Shown: positions 1-10,073 of the stretch, piece by piece | Layout: every line of letters begins with the position of its first letter | Numbering within the stretch: position 1 is the stretch's first letter | IMG/VR virus record: IMGVR_UViG_3300011008_000004 | Coordinates: 64,001-128,000 of that record | From: a virus | Lineage: Duplodnaviria > Caudoviricetes | DNA: 64,000 nt | Direction: 5' to 3' (one strand) | The notes under the pieces: generated by a model | What the model was told of the DNA's origin: nothing | The model's database searches: none | Seen by the model: the letters and a program-made list of their open reading frames with translations, nothing else | Made by a program: the position numbers and the translations under genes

Positions 1-9
1 TCGTATAAA

Positions 10-600
10 TTATACAATTCCTGATGTTACGTCTTTATAACTTTTAAATAGATTATCCATAAAATTAGACCAGTAATTATATTTTTCAATATCTTCACCT
101 GATATAATGTATTTACTATGAACTCTATAATAAAGTCCTTGTTTAGCATCTTTAAAGAATCTTTCTCTAACTGTATTATTAATTATAACACTATCACAAT
201 AAGATACATCTTCTCTTCCAGTTCTTCTAGCAATAGAAATTTGTTTACTATTATTCTTACGAATTAGTTTAGATGTGCCTTCAACATAATAAACTACCTT
301 GCTATTTAAGTCTAAAACATTAGCGCTTGGAAGCGGCTTTTCAATGATTTCTGAGGCCTTAGAATCACCTACACGCTTAGAAACTAATTCACTAAATAAT
401 TTATACAATTGACACATATCGTCCCTACAATTAGCTACTAGCGTATGATCATCTAGCTGTTTCCAATGAGAATTAGCTCTTATAAATCGCATTACTTCAT
501 TAGCATTAAGTTCGAATTGCTTATAAATGTTTAACGTATCTCTCATCTTATTATCAGATAAGAAAAATATACGATTTTCATTATCATATCTAATAAACAT
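10..600 (-). CDS. hypothetical protein
   Basis: 196 aa ORF, TAA stop, overlaps upstream ORF stop; no recognised motif. Confidence 0.6.
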   Translation of the reverse strand: MFIRYDNENRIFFLSDNKMRDTLNIYKQFELNANEVMRFIRANSHWKQLDDHTLVANCRDDMCQLYKLFSELVSKRVGDSKASEIIEKPLPSANVLDLNSKVVYYVEGTSKLIRKNNSKQISIARRTGREDVSYCDSVIINNTVRERFFKDAKQGLYYRVHSKYIISGEDIEKYNYWSNFMDNLFKSYKDVTSGIV

Positions 601-1019
601 TATTCAGCTCCTTTAGGACCTTGTGGACCTGGATCATCTAAATGTGTAGGTTTAATATCTAAAGCTTTTTTAAGCTCCATCATAGAGTAAGCATACTGAA
701 TTTCTTCTTCACTGCTAAATGGACACTTATTATTTAATATCTCAGGACAATCTTCTTGTAATTTACAATAATAAGTTTTTTCTTTAGTTTTAAAATCTAT
801 AATACAACCTAAACCTGGACACTCTTTATCACATTCAATGTCTTTAGTTTCAAATACTTCGGGATGTGAAATATACATTTGAATCATGTTCTTAAATGCA
901 GGAGTTAACATATTTAATTGTTCTTCATTAAACACTAGTTCTCCTGTGGAATCATATGTTAAAGCACTAAAGAATTCTTTTAATGCAGGTAGGTTAATTT
1001 TATCGGGATTATATTCCAT
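600..1019 (-). CDS. hypothetical Cys-rich protein
   Basis: 139 aa ORF coupled to ssb. Confidence 0.6.
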   Translation of the reverse strand: MEYNPDKINLPALKEFFSALTYDSTGELVFNEEQLNMLTPAFKNMIQMYISHPEVFETKDIECDKECPGLGCIIDFKTKEKTYYCKLQEDCPEILNNKCPFSSEEEIQYAYSMMELKKALDIKPTHLDDPGPQGPKGAE

Positions 1020-1021
1020 AA

Positions 1022-1417
1022 TTAAAACGGTAATTGATCGTCATCATCTTCAACAGATGACTCTTCTTTCTTACGATTATTAGGTTTATAGTCTTGACTA
1101 TCATCGTTAGACTTAGACTTCGAATTTAAAAACTCAACTTCAGAAGCAACTATCTGTGTTTTGTATCTCATAACACCTTCTTTATCTTGATAGTTATTGT
1201 TTTGAATACTTCCAACAACACAAACTTTACTACCTTTGCTTAAATATCTTCCACAGTTGTCAGCTAAGCCTCTCCATGCCACAATTTGAAAGAAATCAAC
1301 ATCATCAGAATAATTTCTGCTTACAGCTATTGAAAAAGTGCAAATAGATGTACCATCATTTATACTCGCAACTTCAGGGTCTCTTGTTAAGTTTCCAATT
1401 AATGTAACTTTATTCAT
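1022..1417 (-). CDS. ssb: single-stranded DNA-binding protein (bacterial type)
   Basis: MNKVTLIGNLTRDPE start, acidic DDDQLPF C-terminus. Confidence 0.95.
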   Translation of the reverse strand: MNKVTLIGNLTRDPEVASINDGTSICTFSIAVSRNYSDDVDFFQIVAWRGLADNCGRYLSKGSKVCVVGSIQNNNYQDKEGVMRYKTQIVASEVEFLNSKSKSNDDSQDYKPNNRKKEESSVEDDDDQLPF

Positions 1418-1443
1418 TATATCACCTCAATACTTTTATACAA

Positions 1444-1614
1444 TTAGTCAACTAACTTAATGTCAGATTTTTCAACAATTATCGATCTAAATGTAGTATT
1501 TTCTATAACATATTTATCATCTATAGATCTTTTAACGTCATAGTACTTATCAATCTTATATAAATTGTTGTTTCCTACATATTCTACAGTTTGTCCAGCT
1601 TCAAATTTGCTCAT
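1444..1614 (-). CDS. small hypothetical protein
   Basis: ORF MSKFEAGQ... with GAGGTG SD, downstream of a sigma-A-like promoter. Confidence 0.5.
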   Translation of the reverse strand: MSKFEAGQTVEYVGNNNLYKIDKYYDVKRSIDDKYVIENTTFRSIIVEKSDIKLVD

Positions 1615-1643
1615 AATACACCTCAAATTTAATATTTTTAATT

Positions 1644-1672
1644 ATTGTATCACATAAATAAAAAAGAGTCAA
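1644..1672 (-). promoter_or_regulatory. sigma70/sigmaA-type early promoter
   Basis: TTGACT-N17-TACAAT with TG extension; overlaps terminator. Confidence 0.75.
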
Positions 1673-1690
1673 TCAAATTGACTGACTCTT
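1661..1690 (-). terminator. intrinsic terminator
   Basis: AAGAGTCA...TGACTCTT stem followed by T-run. Confidence 0.7.
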
Positions 1691-2607
1691 ATCTGAATAA
1701 TTTTTATTTAAATAATTATCCACTTGTCTAGAAACTAATGCTCCAGAACTTTCTGCTACTATAACTTGTCGCATTGCTTCTCTCATGCAATCTCCAGCAG
1801 CATATATTCCTGAAAATGTATTTATAGCTCCTATATAACCGTTACTGTCTAAATCTACTACATCTTTAAATGGTTCATTATTAGGAACTAAACCAATTGC
1901 TAAAAATACACCATCTAATTCTAATGTATATGTTACTCCTTCTTTAAAGTAATCTATACCTACTAAATTGTTGTCATCGTCTATGCGATAGCTTTGAACT
2001 TTGGCGCTGGTAATAATCTCTATATTAGCTTTAGCATATATATTTTCTTGTAATTTTTGTTCCCCAGTTAATATCGCTAAATCTTGAACAACATAAACTT
2101 TTTAGCGATATTAGATAGTTCTAACGCTTCTTGTAAAGCAGAATTCCCACCACCAATAACCGCTACAACTTTATCTCTATAAAAAGCTCCATCACACATT
2201 ACGCAGAAAGATATGCCTTTTCCAATTAAGTCTTCTTCATTAGGTAAACCTAATAATCTATGCTTAGTTCCACTAGCAATTATAACTGATTTAGCATAAT
2301 ATTCATCACCAAAAGCAGTTGTTATAATTTTAGTACGACCTTTACGATCTACTTTAACTACTTCATCATATATAACGTTTATATTATTGTATTCTAGTTG
2401 TTCCAATAATTTAAATCCATATTCTTCACCAGATATAGAATTAAAACCAGGAATATTTTCAACTTTAGGTGAATTTAATATTTGCCCACCTACAGCTGTT
2501 TTCTCAAACATTATAACATTTTTATTAGCTCTATTAAGATATATCGCAGCAGAACAGCCGGCTGGTCCTGCGCCTATAATAGCGCAATCAAAAATAATTT
2601 TATCCAT
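1673..2607 (-). pseudogene. trxB: thioredoxin reductase, frameshifted at ~2099-2103
   Basis: GAGPAG, CVMCDG, GGGNSA motifs; C-terminal half (KVYVVQDL...GIYAAGDC...RQVIVA) continues in the -1 frame after GCT AAA AAG; one extra A restores a 311 aa TrxB. Confidence 0.85.
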
Positions 2608-3059
2608 TACTCACCTTTTCTAAATCTATAAGTTATATCTTGTTTATTAGGTTTCATTTTATACATTACTTGATTAGTTGTTATCTTATTTAATGGACCT
2701 TTATCCTCTTGATAACTTCCAACTTTATAATAATCTAAATGTTTAGATAACTCTTCATCGAAAATATCATCGCCACTATACATTGCAACTAATAAATTTT
2801 TAGAATGAATGTAATCTGCTAGTGCAATTATTTCTTGATGTCTATTATCTCCGCCCATAAAACATATACAACTTATATGCTTATTTTTAACTATAAGTTT
2901 ATCTATCTCATTACAAGTTAGTTCAACACCTATATCTTCTCTCAAATGTGGAGAATGACAATTTTTACATAAGTGTGGACATCCTGAGATCTCAAGTGCC
3001 AGACTTATTTCATCTGGCACTTCTTGAAAAACTATAGAATAATCTACGTATTTAATCAT
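2607..3059 (-). CDS. nrdG: anaerobic ribonucleotide reductase activase (radical SAM)
   Basis: FQEVPDEISLA...CPHLCKNCHS CxxxCxxC motif, next to nrdD. Confidence 0.93.
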   Translation of the reverse strand: MIKYVDYSIVFQEVPDEISLALEISGCPHLCKNCHSPHLREDIGVELTCNEIDKLIVKNKHISCICFMGGDNRHQEIIALADYIHSKNLLVAMYSGDDIFDEELSKHLDYYKVGSYQEDKGPLNKITTNQVMYKMKPNKQDITYRFRKGE

Positions 3060-4141
3060 TTTATTGTATCTTCTTTAGCGTAATAACGCTTAATAGCTTC
3101 AGCTTTTCTAACATCACTAAAATTAGATATTCTTTTTAAATAACCAATAATTCTTGTAGCTTTATCAATATTTGTAGATCCACATTTTGGACAATGATCT
3201 AAATTATCTTTGGTTATATGACCACATTCATTACATATTGTATTTGGAATATTAAATGTGCCATAACTACAACCAGCATCAATCCAAATATCCATTAACT
3301 TTCTATATTGTGATTTGCTTAAATGTGAATCTAAGTTACAATGATAGGCACTTCCGCCATCTAAGTTTCCGATAAAATCTTTTCCTTGTAGGTAAGATTT
3401 TTCAATTGGATCATATGTAGGATCTTCAACAGGATAAAAATAAGAATTATATAGATTTCTAGTTTTAGGAACTACATACCCATCACGTTTATCCCAAGCG
3501 TATAGTTTAGCTCCTGCATTCTCTGCAGGCACAAACTCTGTGTTATATTTCAAATGTTCGGAATGATGAATTGTATTCAAGTTCTTAATTGTAGTTAAAA
3601 TATCATAAGCAAATTGCTTATACGCTTTATTATCGGATTTAATCGCAATATCCTTGTATTCATCAGGTACAAATTCATTCATACTTGCTAAAAATTCTGC
3701 GCCCTCAATAAAACCATTTATACCTACTGTTAAAAATTGCTTATCCAAATCGATGAATCCAGCGTTATAAACTGTAAGTAAATTAGCGTTATACATATCC
3801 CATAAGTGATCATTCCAAGCTTCTAAATACTTATGAACTCTATCAACTATATCTGTAATATACTCAGATAAAGTCTTCCTATTTCTTTTGTATTTCTTAT
3901 TTACTTCTTCATTAAACCAATTTTGAACAATTCTATTTATATTCAAAGTAATAACTTTCTTAGATCCAGTTTCTACACCGCCAGCCCCTAATGTATAACT
4001 AAATACATTTTCTTCAATTGCATTTTTCAACCTGCAATTATGAGTTAGTATATCATTAGCATAAAACCAATGATTCTTTTGTAATTCAATATCATATACT
4101 TCTTTAGTTGTAGCTTCTACTGTTACTGATCTTATTTTCAT
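3056..4141 (-). CDS. nrdD: split-intein C fragment (35 aa) fused to NrdD C-terminal half
   Basis: Start MKIRSV after GAGGA SD; VYDIE...FYANDILTHN/C intein blocks F-G; then CRLKN, PAEN, Zn site CNECG..CPKCG, glycyl-radical RIIGYL. Confidence 0.93.
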   Translation of the reverse strand: MKIRSVTVEATTKEVYDIELQKNHWFYANDILTHNCRLKNAIEENVFSYTLGAGGVETGSKKVITLNINRIVQNWFNEEVNKKYKRNRKTLSEYITDIVDRVHKYLEAWNDHLWDMYNANLLTVYNAGFIDLDKQFLTVGINGFIEGAEFLASMNEFVPDEYKDIAIKSDNKAYKQFAYDILTTIKNLNTIHHSEHLKYNTEFVPAENAGAKLYAWDKRDGYVVPKTRNLYNSYFYPVEDPTYDPIEKSYLQGKDFIGNLDGGSAYHCNLDSHLSKSQYRKLMDIWIDAGCSYGTFNIPNTICNECGHITKDNLDHCPKCGSTNIDKATRIIGYLKRISNFSDVRKAEAIKRYYAKEDTIK

Positions 4142-4158
4142 TCTATAACTTCCTCTAT

Positions 4159-5448
4159 TTAACATTCATGTATATGTATTCGCTCATGATGCTCATAATC
4201 AATACAAATTTTTCTTAAAATATTGCTATTATTATAATCTTTCCTTCTACACCAACATATATCTAACTAATCAGTATATAATAGCTAATGCGCAAATTCA
4301 TATAAATCTTTATTGCTAATTTCTTTTATATTTAATATTTTACAAAAAGATTTATAGTCTAATACATGTAAAATTAAACCTAAATTATGCATACTACTAC
4401 ATATTTCTTTGTATTTGTCAGCATCATAGCGCTATAAACTAGACTTTATCTCATAAAACTCATTATTTACTTTAAAATCAGGTAGATAAGAATATTTATT
4501 GCAATTAATTAAATTTATAGTTTCTGCTTCATATAAATAATCAATATTATTTAAATATAATGTGGCAGCTACCTTAAATTCTTCAAAACTTCTACAGTAT
4601 TTATGCAAACCTATATTTGGACATTTAAATTTTATACCATAAGAAGTAAGCTTAAATGTGCCGTCATATGCATATGCAGACTATCTTTCTGCTTGAAATT
4701 TACTTAATCTCTATCGTGCTTCAGGCGTTGAAGCAGGATTATTTTCGTGCCAGATTTGACGCTATAATTCACGAAGTTCTCTGCCTCTATCAGTGTCACT
4801 GTAAAATTTTTTCTTATTTTGTGATAAATTCTATTTATGCTTTTCTGTAAAAATATTCTTAACATTAACATCTAGATTGTAAGTCTTACAGTAATTTTCC
4901 CATGATATATTATGTGATCTTACAACATGATCTTTAATAGCTACACGATATTTACCACATATTTCACATTTAAATGGCTTATCAATATCATTTTCATCTT
5001 TATGTAATATAACATTGTGTTTCTATTTCAAATGTTTACAATATTCATTTTTATACTTAAACTCTTTTCCGCATATCTCACATCTGTAATAACCTATCTT
5101 TTTCTTAAGTTTAACAGATATAGGATATTCAGGATATTCTAATTTGTAATCGTTTATATCAACATAGCCATGTTGTTCACGTAAATGTCTAAGTAAAGAT
5201 ATCGCTTTTTTACCGCATATAGGACATATTACATATTCAGCATTGCGAGCTTGCTCATACTTATCTAATACATCTATGCATTCTTCATAGATATCTAAGT
5301 GATATTTATGAAGATGATGTTTTAAAGATTGCTGTGTAAAACTCTCTTTATAATGTTTACCGCATATAGGACATAGCTAATTGCCTACCTAATTCTTGCC
5401 TTCAAACTTTTTATAAATTAGATTGTATTTCTACTGAGTTGTTAACAT
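4159..5448 (-). CDS. TAG-recoded endonuclease: four C2H2-type zinc fingers plus PD-(D/E)XK domain (putative free-standing homing endonuclease)
   Basis: Manual translation: 429 codons open with 11 in-frame TAG, GAGGT SD, TAA stop; CPICGK..H..H, YRCEICGK, KPFKCEICGK, then RSFEE...YLPDF...YEIK. Confidence 0.85.
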
Positions 5449-5599
5449 TTATACTATCTACCTCATTTAAATATTTGGTGATAATATAACGAATTTCAGC
5501 CGTTTCATTTCTAAAATCTTTTTCAGCTTCTATTTGTAATCTTTTATAAATAGACTCCGGGAGAGCGATTGTTTTTATAATTGTTTTTTCTTTTTCCAT
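5411..5599 (-). CDS. ribbon-helix-helix (Arc/CopG-like) DNA-binding protein
   Basis: KTIALPESIYKRLQIEAEKDFRNETAEIRYII pattern; preceded by GCTAAATTA motif. Confidence 0.7.
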   Translation of the reverse strand: MEKEKTIIKTIALPESIYKRLQIEAEKDFRNETAEIRYIITKYLNEVDSINVNNSVEIQSNL

Positions 5600-5641
5600 A
5601 CTATCACCATTATCTAATTTAGCTAGTAAATTTAATTATTT

Positions 5642-6934
5642 TTAATCTTTTTTAATCAATTCATATCTTTCAAAGTTGTTAACTAAATCTTTTGCTTTAA
5701 TTTCTACTTTGTCACCAGATACATTATCAACTACAAGAAGCACATGTTCAGGAGTAACTTCTAAAACACTACCATCTTCTGATTCTATCTTAATTAAATT
5801 AGGATACTCATTGTCTTTTATAAGTACACCAGTGATATCAGAATATTCTATCATATCTTTTTCAATATTATATGACATTGTTTCATAATCACTATAATCT
5901 TTACTGTGATTTATACAGAAAGTGCTAATTGGCATAGTAATAATTTTTAAAGATGTCTTATGTCTGATCGTTATCAACTCATTTCCCTTAAAACAACAGC
6001 TAGCTAATGCATCAGCTGAATCTGAATTATATAAAAAGAATGAATGACCTTTGGACCACATTTCAGCAGTGAAATCAGCCATTTCTTCATCTACATATTT
6101 ATGTGTATCTTTGTCCCATAGCAAATTCATTGTCTCAACAGGAAATGTGATAACATCATGGGTTCTTTCATTATTAAACCAATTCATAAACATTTTCTGT
6201 AATTCTTTTGTAGATTCCCAATTAGGTTCATCACCATCTGGGAATATAAAATCTTTAAATATTGAATTAAAATATCCCTTATCAAAATAAGCAATATTAG
6301 TAAATGGTGATTGATAACCTCTAGCGCCTGCAGGTTGATTTATACAGTAAACAAATTGTTGAAATAAATCTTCAATTTTATTTCTTAAAGTAGCTCTTCT
6401 ATTGCCAAAAGCTTCTACAGTTTCATCTAAATTTGTTATATAATCTTCACCGTAATCTACTCTTAAAAAGTGATCTAAATAAGGTAAAAATTCTGGAACA
6501 GCGACAGCCCCTGCAAATTGACCTGCTATTAAAAATACTAAATTTGTTAAACCACCTATAAATGAATCTGAATGTTTAGGCGGGCCACTTGTTCCGCCTA
6601 ACTTCTTTAAGCCATCTAATAAAAATGGATATAATGAAATAGCTACACAATATGGCATAATTGAACTCTCATCATGTGAATATATGATGTGATTTTTTAA
6701 ATCTAAATCAAACTGATCACACAACTCTTGGCCATATTTAATCAATAAATATTTCTTTGTTATAGCACGATTTACGTCTATAAAATCAGGCTTAGATAAT
6801 TCTGAAGACATTGTTGCTACATTCTTAGTAGTTACATTAGCATTAGCATCTACTTCAGAACCGGATGCAGCGTTACACGCTTGTTTATAATTCTCAATAA
6901 ATTTAAGTTTCTTATTTAAAGTCCTTTCATCCAT
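5642..6934 (-). CDS. nrdD: NrdD N-terminal half fused to split-intein N fragment (117 aa, from 5995)
   Basis: NAASGSEVDANANV, YSHDE, PYCVAIS, GARGYQSPFTN; ends ALASC/CFKGNE (block A) ...VTPEH (block B), then TAA. Confidence 0.93.
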   Translation of the reverse strand: MDERTLNKKLKFIENYKQACNAASGSEVDANANVTTKNVATMSSELSKPDFIDVNRAITKKYLLIKYGQELCDQFDLDLKNHIIYSHDESSIMPYCVAISLYPFLLDGLKKLGGTSGPPKHSDSFIGGLTNLVFLIAGQFAGAVAVPEFLPYLDHFLRVDYGEDYITNLDETVEAFGNRRATLRNKIEDLFQQFVYCINQPAGARGYQSPFTNIAYFDKGYFNSIFKDFIFPDGDEPNWESTKELQKMFMNWFNNERTHDVITFPVETMNLLWDKDTHKYVDEEMADFTAEMWSKGHSFFLYNSDSADALASCCFKGNELITIRHKTSLKIITMPISTFCINHSKDYSDYETMSYNIEKDMIEYSDITGVLIKDNEYPNLIKIESEDGSVLEVTPEHVLLVVDNVSGDKVEIKAKDLVNNFERYELIKKD

Positions 6935-6936
6935 AA

Positions 6937-7179
6937 TTATTTCGCCTCGTGTATATAATTCATTATCGCTTTGCCATATATAATTTCTTGTCTAGTTACA
7001 AGTTCACCATTTTCATCTGTTTCTGTAATTTCGACTCGTAAAGCTGGCGTCTGCCTTACACCTTCAGCTTTCATAATATTAATATCTTGACAATCTTCAT
7101 AAGATATATTATTTTTATCCAACAACATATGAATTACACGACATTGTGGACAACCTGGTTGACTATATAATTTAATCAT
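6937..7179 (-). CDS. glutaredoxin/NrdH-like redoxin
   Basis: LYSQPGCPQC, TPAL motifs; upstream of nrdD. Confidence 0.85.
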   Translation of the reverse strand: MIKLYSQPGCPQCRVIHMLLDKNNISYEDCQDINIMKAEGVRQTPALRVEITETDENGELVTRQEIIYGKAIMNYIHEAK

Positions 7180-7279
7180 AAAACCTCTCTTTTATAGATA
7201 AAACCGTCTATTGTTATAGATGGTTGTTACTATACAACTTCTAGCAATCTTAAATTTCTTGTGTTTAATTTAGCTCGTT

Positions 7280-7400
7280 TAAGACGATATAGACTATCCG
7301 TGAACTACCGATAGCTGAAGCAATCGGCTTCCTGCTCAATGCAACCACTGTTGCAAGTATCAACAGGCTAACCCCGTAGTCCCTACGGTTTTTATAATTT
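7280..7400 (-). ncRNA. TnpB omegaRNA (right-end scaffold) with guide GGATAGTCTATATCGTCTTA
   Basis: Stacked hairpins downstream of tnpB stop ending in TTCAC; flanking 20 nt is the predicted guide. Confidence 0.7.
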
Positions 7401-8783
7401 TTATACTTTATTGATTATACAGAAGTCTAAGTCCTTCATTCAGAATATTTATTGCCGCATTCTGATCTCTATTATGATGTGTTCCGCAATCTGGACAAGT
7501 CCATTCTCTTATAGAAAGAGAATTTACAATATCTTTGTGATAACAACCACATTCAGAACAAACAATGGTTGTAGGAGTAAATCTTCCTATTTTAACTAAT
7601 TGTTTTCCTTGAGATTCTAATTTCTGTTGAAGTCTTGTTCTAAAATAACCAAAAGCATTATCCATAGTTGATTTTCCTAGTCTTAGTGCTTGAGATTGAG
7701 CTTTCATATCAATATCTTCAATACAAATTATATCATATTTCTCTGCAAGTTTCTTAGATTCTTTTTCAATGAAATCTTTTCTTTGATTAGTTATTTGTTC
7801 ATGAATTTTTGCAACTTTAATCTTTTGTTTTTCATAGTTATTTGAGTACAATTTCATATGAGATAACTTACGTTGTTCTTTAGCTAATTTTGGTTGAGAT
7901 TTCTTGAATAATTTTACAAACCCCTCAGGTTTATTGTTTTGGCTATCAACATAAAACTCTGGAGCGCTGTAATCTAATCCAACTGCTTTATTTTTGTCTA
8001 ATTTTATTTCAGGTATTTCATACTCATATTCAGCAAGAATACTTATGAAATATTTACCTGAGTTTGTTTGAGAAATGGTTGCTGATTTTATAATGTAATC
8101 TTGCGGAATGAATCTATGTTCAACAAATTTAATAGGTCCAAGTTTGGGAAGCTGGATTCTATTATTAGAGATAATTCTTATTGAATTGTTTACACAATTA
8201 GTAGTATAAGATTTTTTATCAAATTTTTTCGATTTGAATTTAGGAAATCCATTTTTAATATTTCTAAAGAAATTATTATAAGCTGTTTGTAAATGCATTT
8301 GCTCATTAGCTAAAGCTAAAGAATCAACTTCTTTTAACCAATCGAATTCTTCTTTGTATTGAGCAGGTGTGTTTTTGAGATTAACCTTATCTTTCTTATA
8401 AGCCTCAATTTTATCAGCTAACATCTTATTGTAGATAAATCTACAGCAGCCAAATGTTTTTTGTAGTAATATTTCTTGCTCTTTATTTGGATACAGGCGA
8501 TATTTGAAACATTTATTCATGAACAACTTCCTTACTAAAATAAAAATAGCTTATTTGATTGGCGGATCAAATAAGCTATAATTACTCTATATCAAACTAT
8601 TGCTAGTTTAATAACATTATAATATACAATATTGATTCCGCCAAATCAACAATAATCATTTCTGATTACAGATAATTTAGCTAATAAAATACATAGAAAA
8701 ATACCGAAATTCAAAGAATATTTCAAATCATCTAAAGCAATTCATCCGATGACTGAAGTCAAAGGATTTCCTGCTGAGTTAGG
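7300..8783 (-). mobile_element. IS200/IS605-family (IS1341-like, tnpB-only) element
   Basis: tnpB; subterminal hairpins at both ends; right end ...GTAGTTCAC; left flank TTTAA (candidate TAM); boundaries inferred. Confidence 0.8.
7408..8526 (-). CDS. tnpB: RNA-guided endonuclease TnpB
   Basis: FKYRLYPNKEQ HTH_OrfB start; RuvC D (GLDY), E (IEDI), D (RDQNAA) intact; CSECG/CPDCG zinc ribbon. Confidence 0.95.
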   Translation of the reverse strand: MFMNKCFKYRLYPNKEQEILLQKTFGCCRFIYNKMLADKIEAYKKDKVNLKNTPAQYKEEFDWLKEVDSLALANEQMHLQTAYNNFFRNIKNGFPKFKSKKFDKKSYTTNCVNNSIRIISNNRIQLPKLGPIKFVEHRFIPQDYIIKSATISQTNSGKYFISILAEYEYEIPEIKLDKNKAVGLDYSAPEFYVDSQNNKPEGFVKLFKKSQPKLAKEQRKLSHMKLYSNNYEKQKIKVAKIHEQITNQRKDFIEKESKKLAEKYDIICIEDIDMKAQSQALRLGKSTMDNAFGYFRTRLQQKLESQGKQLVKIGRFTPTTIVCSECGCYHKDIVNSLSIREWTCPDCGTHHNRDQNAAINILNEGLRLLYNQ

Positions 8784-10073
8784 TTAAATTTCATACATTT
8801 TTACTGGACAATCTTTTAAAATATCTACAATATCGTCATACAATAAAATTGGTTGTTCTATCAATTTATCTTTAATAATTTCTAACAACTTTCTATTATT
8901 TTTTAATATTTTAGTAGCTTTATTGTAGAATCTATGAATCTGTCTAACAACTTCATCATCTATTCGTTTGCCACGACCAAAATCATTTCTTCCAGTAGCT
9001 CTCATATATTTAAAGCCATTAACACCTAAAGCACCAATAGCTAAATCCATATTATTTTTTAAATCTTTCAGATCTGAGAATGTACCTAAATCTATATCTT
9101 TAAATATAAGTTCAGTAGCAGCTTTACCACCTAAATCTATAATACAATTAGTAGCATAATCTTTATAGCTATAATTACATATTAAATTTTCTTCTCTCCA
9201 GCCATCACCTTTTAATGTAAAACCTCCAATATTACCACTAACTACATTAGATATCATATCTACTTCGCCACCTAAAGCTAATGCAACTATTGCATGACCA
9301 GCTTCATGATAGGCTGTTCTAAGCTTAGATTCTGAAGTAGCTTCACCATATGTCTCTCTAGTTCCTAAGACACCATGTAATAAAGCCTCTTTAATATCTT
9401 CTTTAGTAATGTATTGTCTTTTAGCGAAGCCTGCACTTAAACTTGCTTCAGATATAACATTCTTTAATTCAGCGCAACTTCTATTGCGCATAATTCTAGC
9501 AATTAAATCTGCTGGAACATCTAACTTATATGATGTGTTACTTAAATAATAATTTATAATAGCTAAAGCATCTGCATTATTAGGCATATCGAAATGCATA
9601 TGTCTACCTAATCTACCTGCTCTTTTTAAACTATAAGGTAATACGTCTATGTCATTAGCTGTAGCAACTACAAACACATCTTGATCCTGTAAATTATCCA
9701 AAATACTCTGAATAACGATAAATTCTTCATCATTATAGCGATCTTCATCACTTTCAGCGAATTTATCTAAATCATCTAATAATACAATTGAGGGCTGATT
9801 CTTTATAGCTTCTTCAAATGTAGCAGTTATATACTCTATAAACTTCTCATCTGGTTTATCTTTTCTAATAATATAACTATTACGTTTAGATTCATATAAA
9901 AGTGATTCAGCGGCTAGTGTTTTGCCCAAACCAGGTTTGCCATAGATTAAAATAGCTTTTGGTAAATCTACACAGTATTTCTTATATTTTGAAGTATGTT
10001 TCAACATATCAGCTATGCACCTTAAGTCTTTCTTAAAACTTTCATAGCCAATAATTCTATCAAATTTATCCAT
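8784..10073 (-). CDS. FtsH-like AAA+ ATPase with M41 peptidase domain, no transmembrane segment
   Basis: GKPGLGKT Walker A, LLDDLD Walker B, RAGRL SRH, TAYHEAGH zinc motif. Confidence 0.88.
   Translation of the reverse strand: MDKFDRIIGYESFKKDLRCIADMLKHTSKYKKYCVDLPKAILIYGKPGLGKTLAAESLLYESKRNSYIIRKDKPDEKFIEYITATFEEAIKNQPSIVLLDDLDKFAESDEDRYNDEEFIVIQSILDNLQDQDVFVVATANDIDVLPYSLKRAGRLGRHMHFDMPNNADALAIINYYLSNTSYKLDVPADLIARIMRNRSCAELKNVISEASLSAGFAKRQYITKEDIKEALLHGVLGTRETYGEATSESKLRTAYHEAGHAIVALALGGEVDMISNVVSGNIGGFTLKGDGWREENLICNYSYKDYATNCIIDLGGKAATELIFKDIDLGTFSDLKDLKNNMDLAIGALGVNGFKYMRATGRNDFGRGKRIDDEVVRQIHRFYNKATKILKNNRKLLEIIKDKLIEQPILLYDDIVDILKDCPVKMYEI

Noticed and set aside
7280-7299. Targets of the two omegaRNA guides within this window
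   Set aside because: No second match noticed for either guide (manual scan only)
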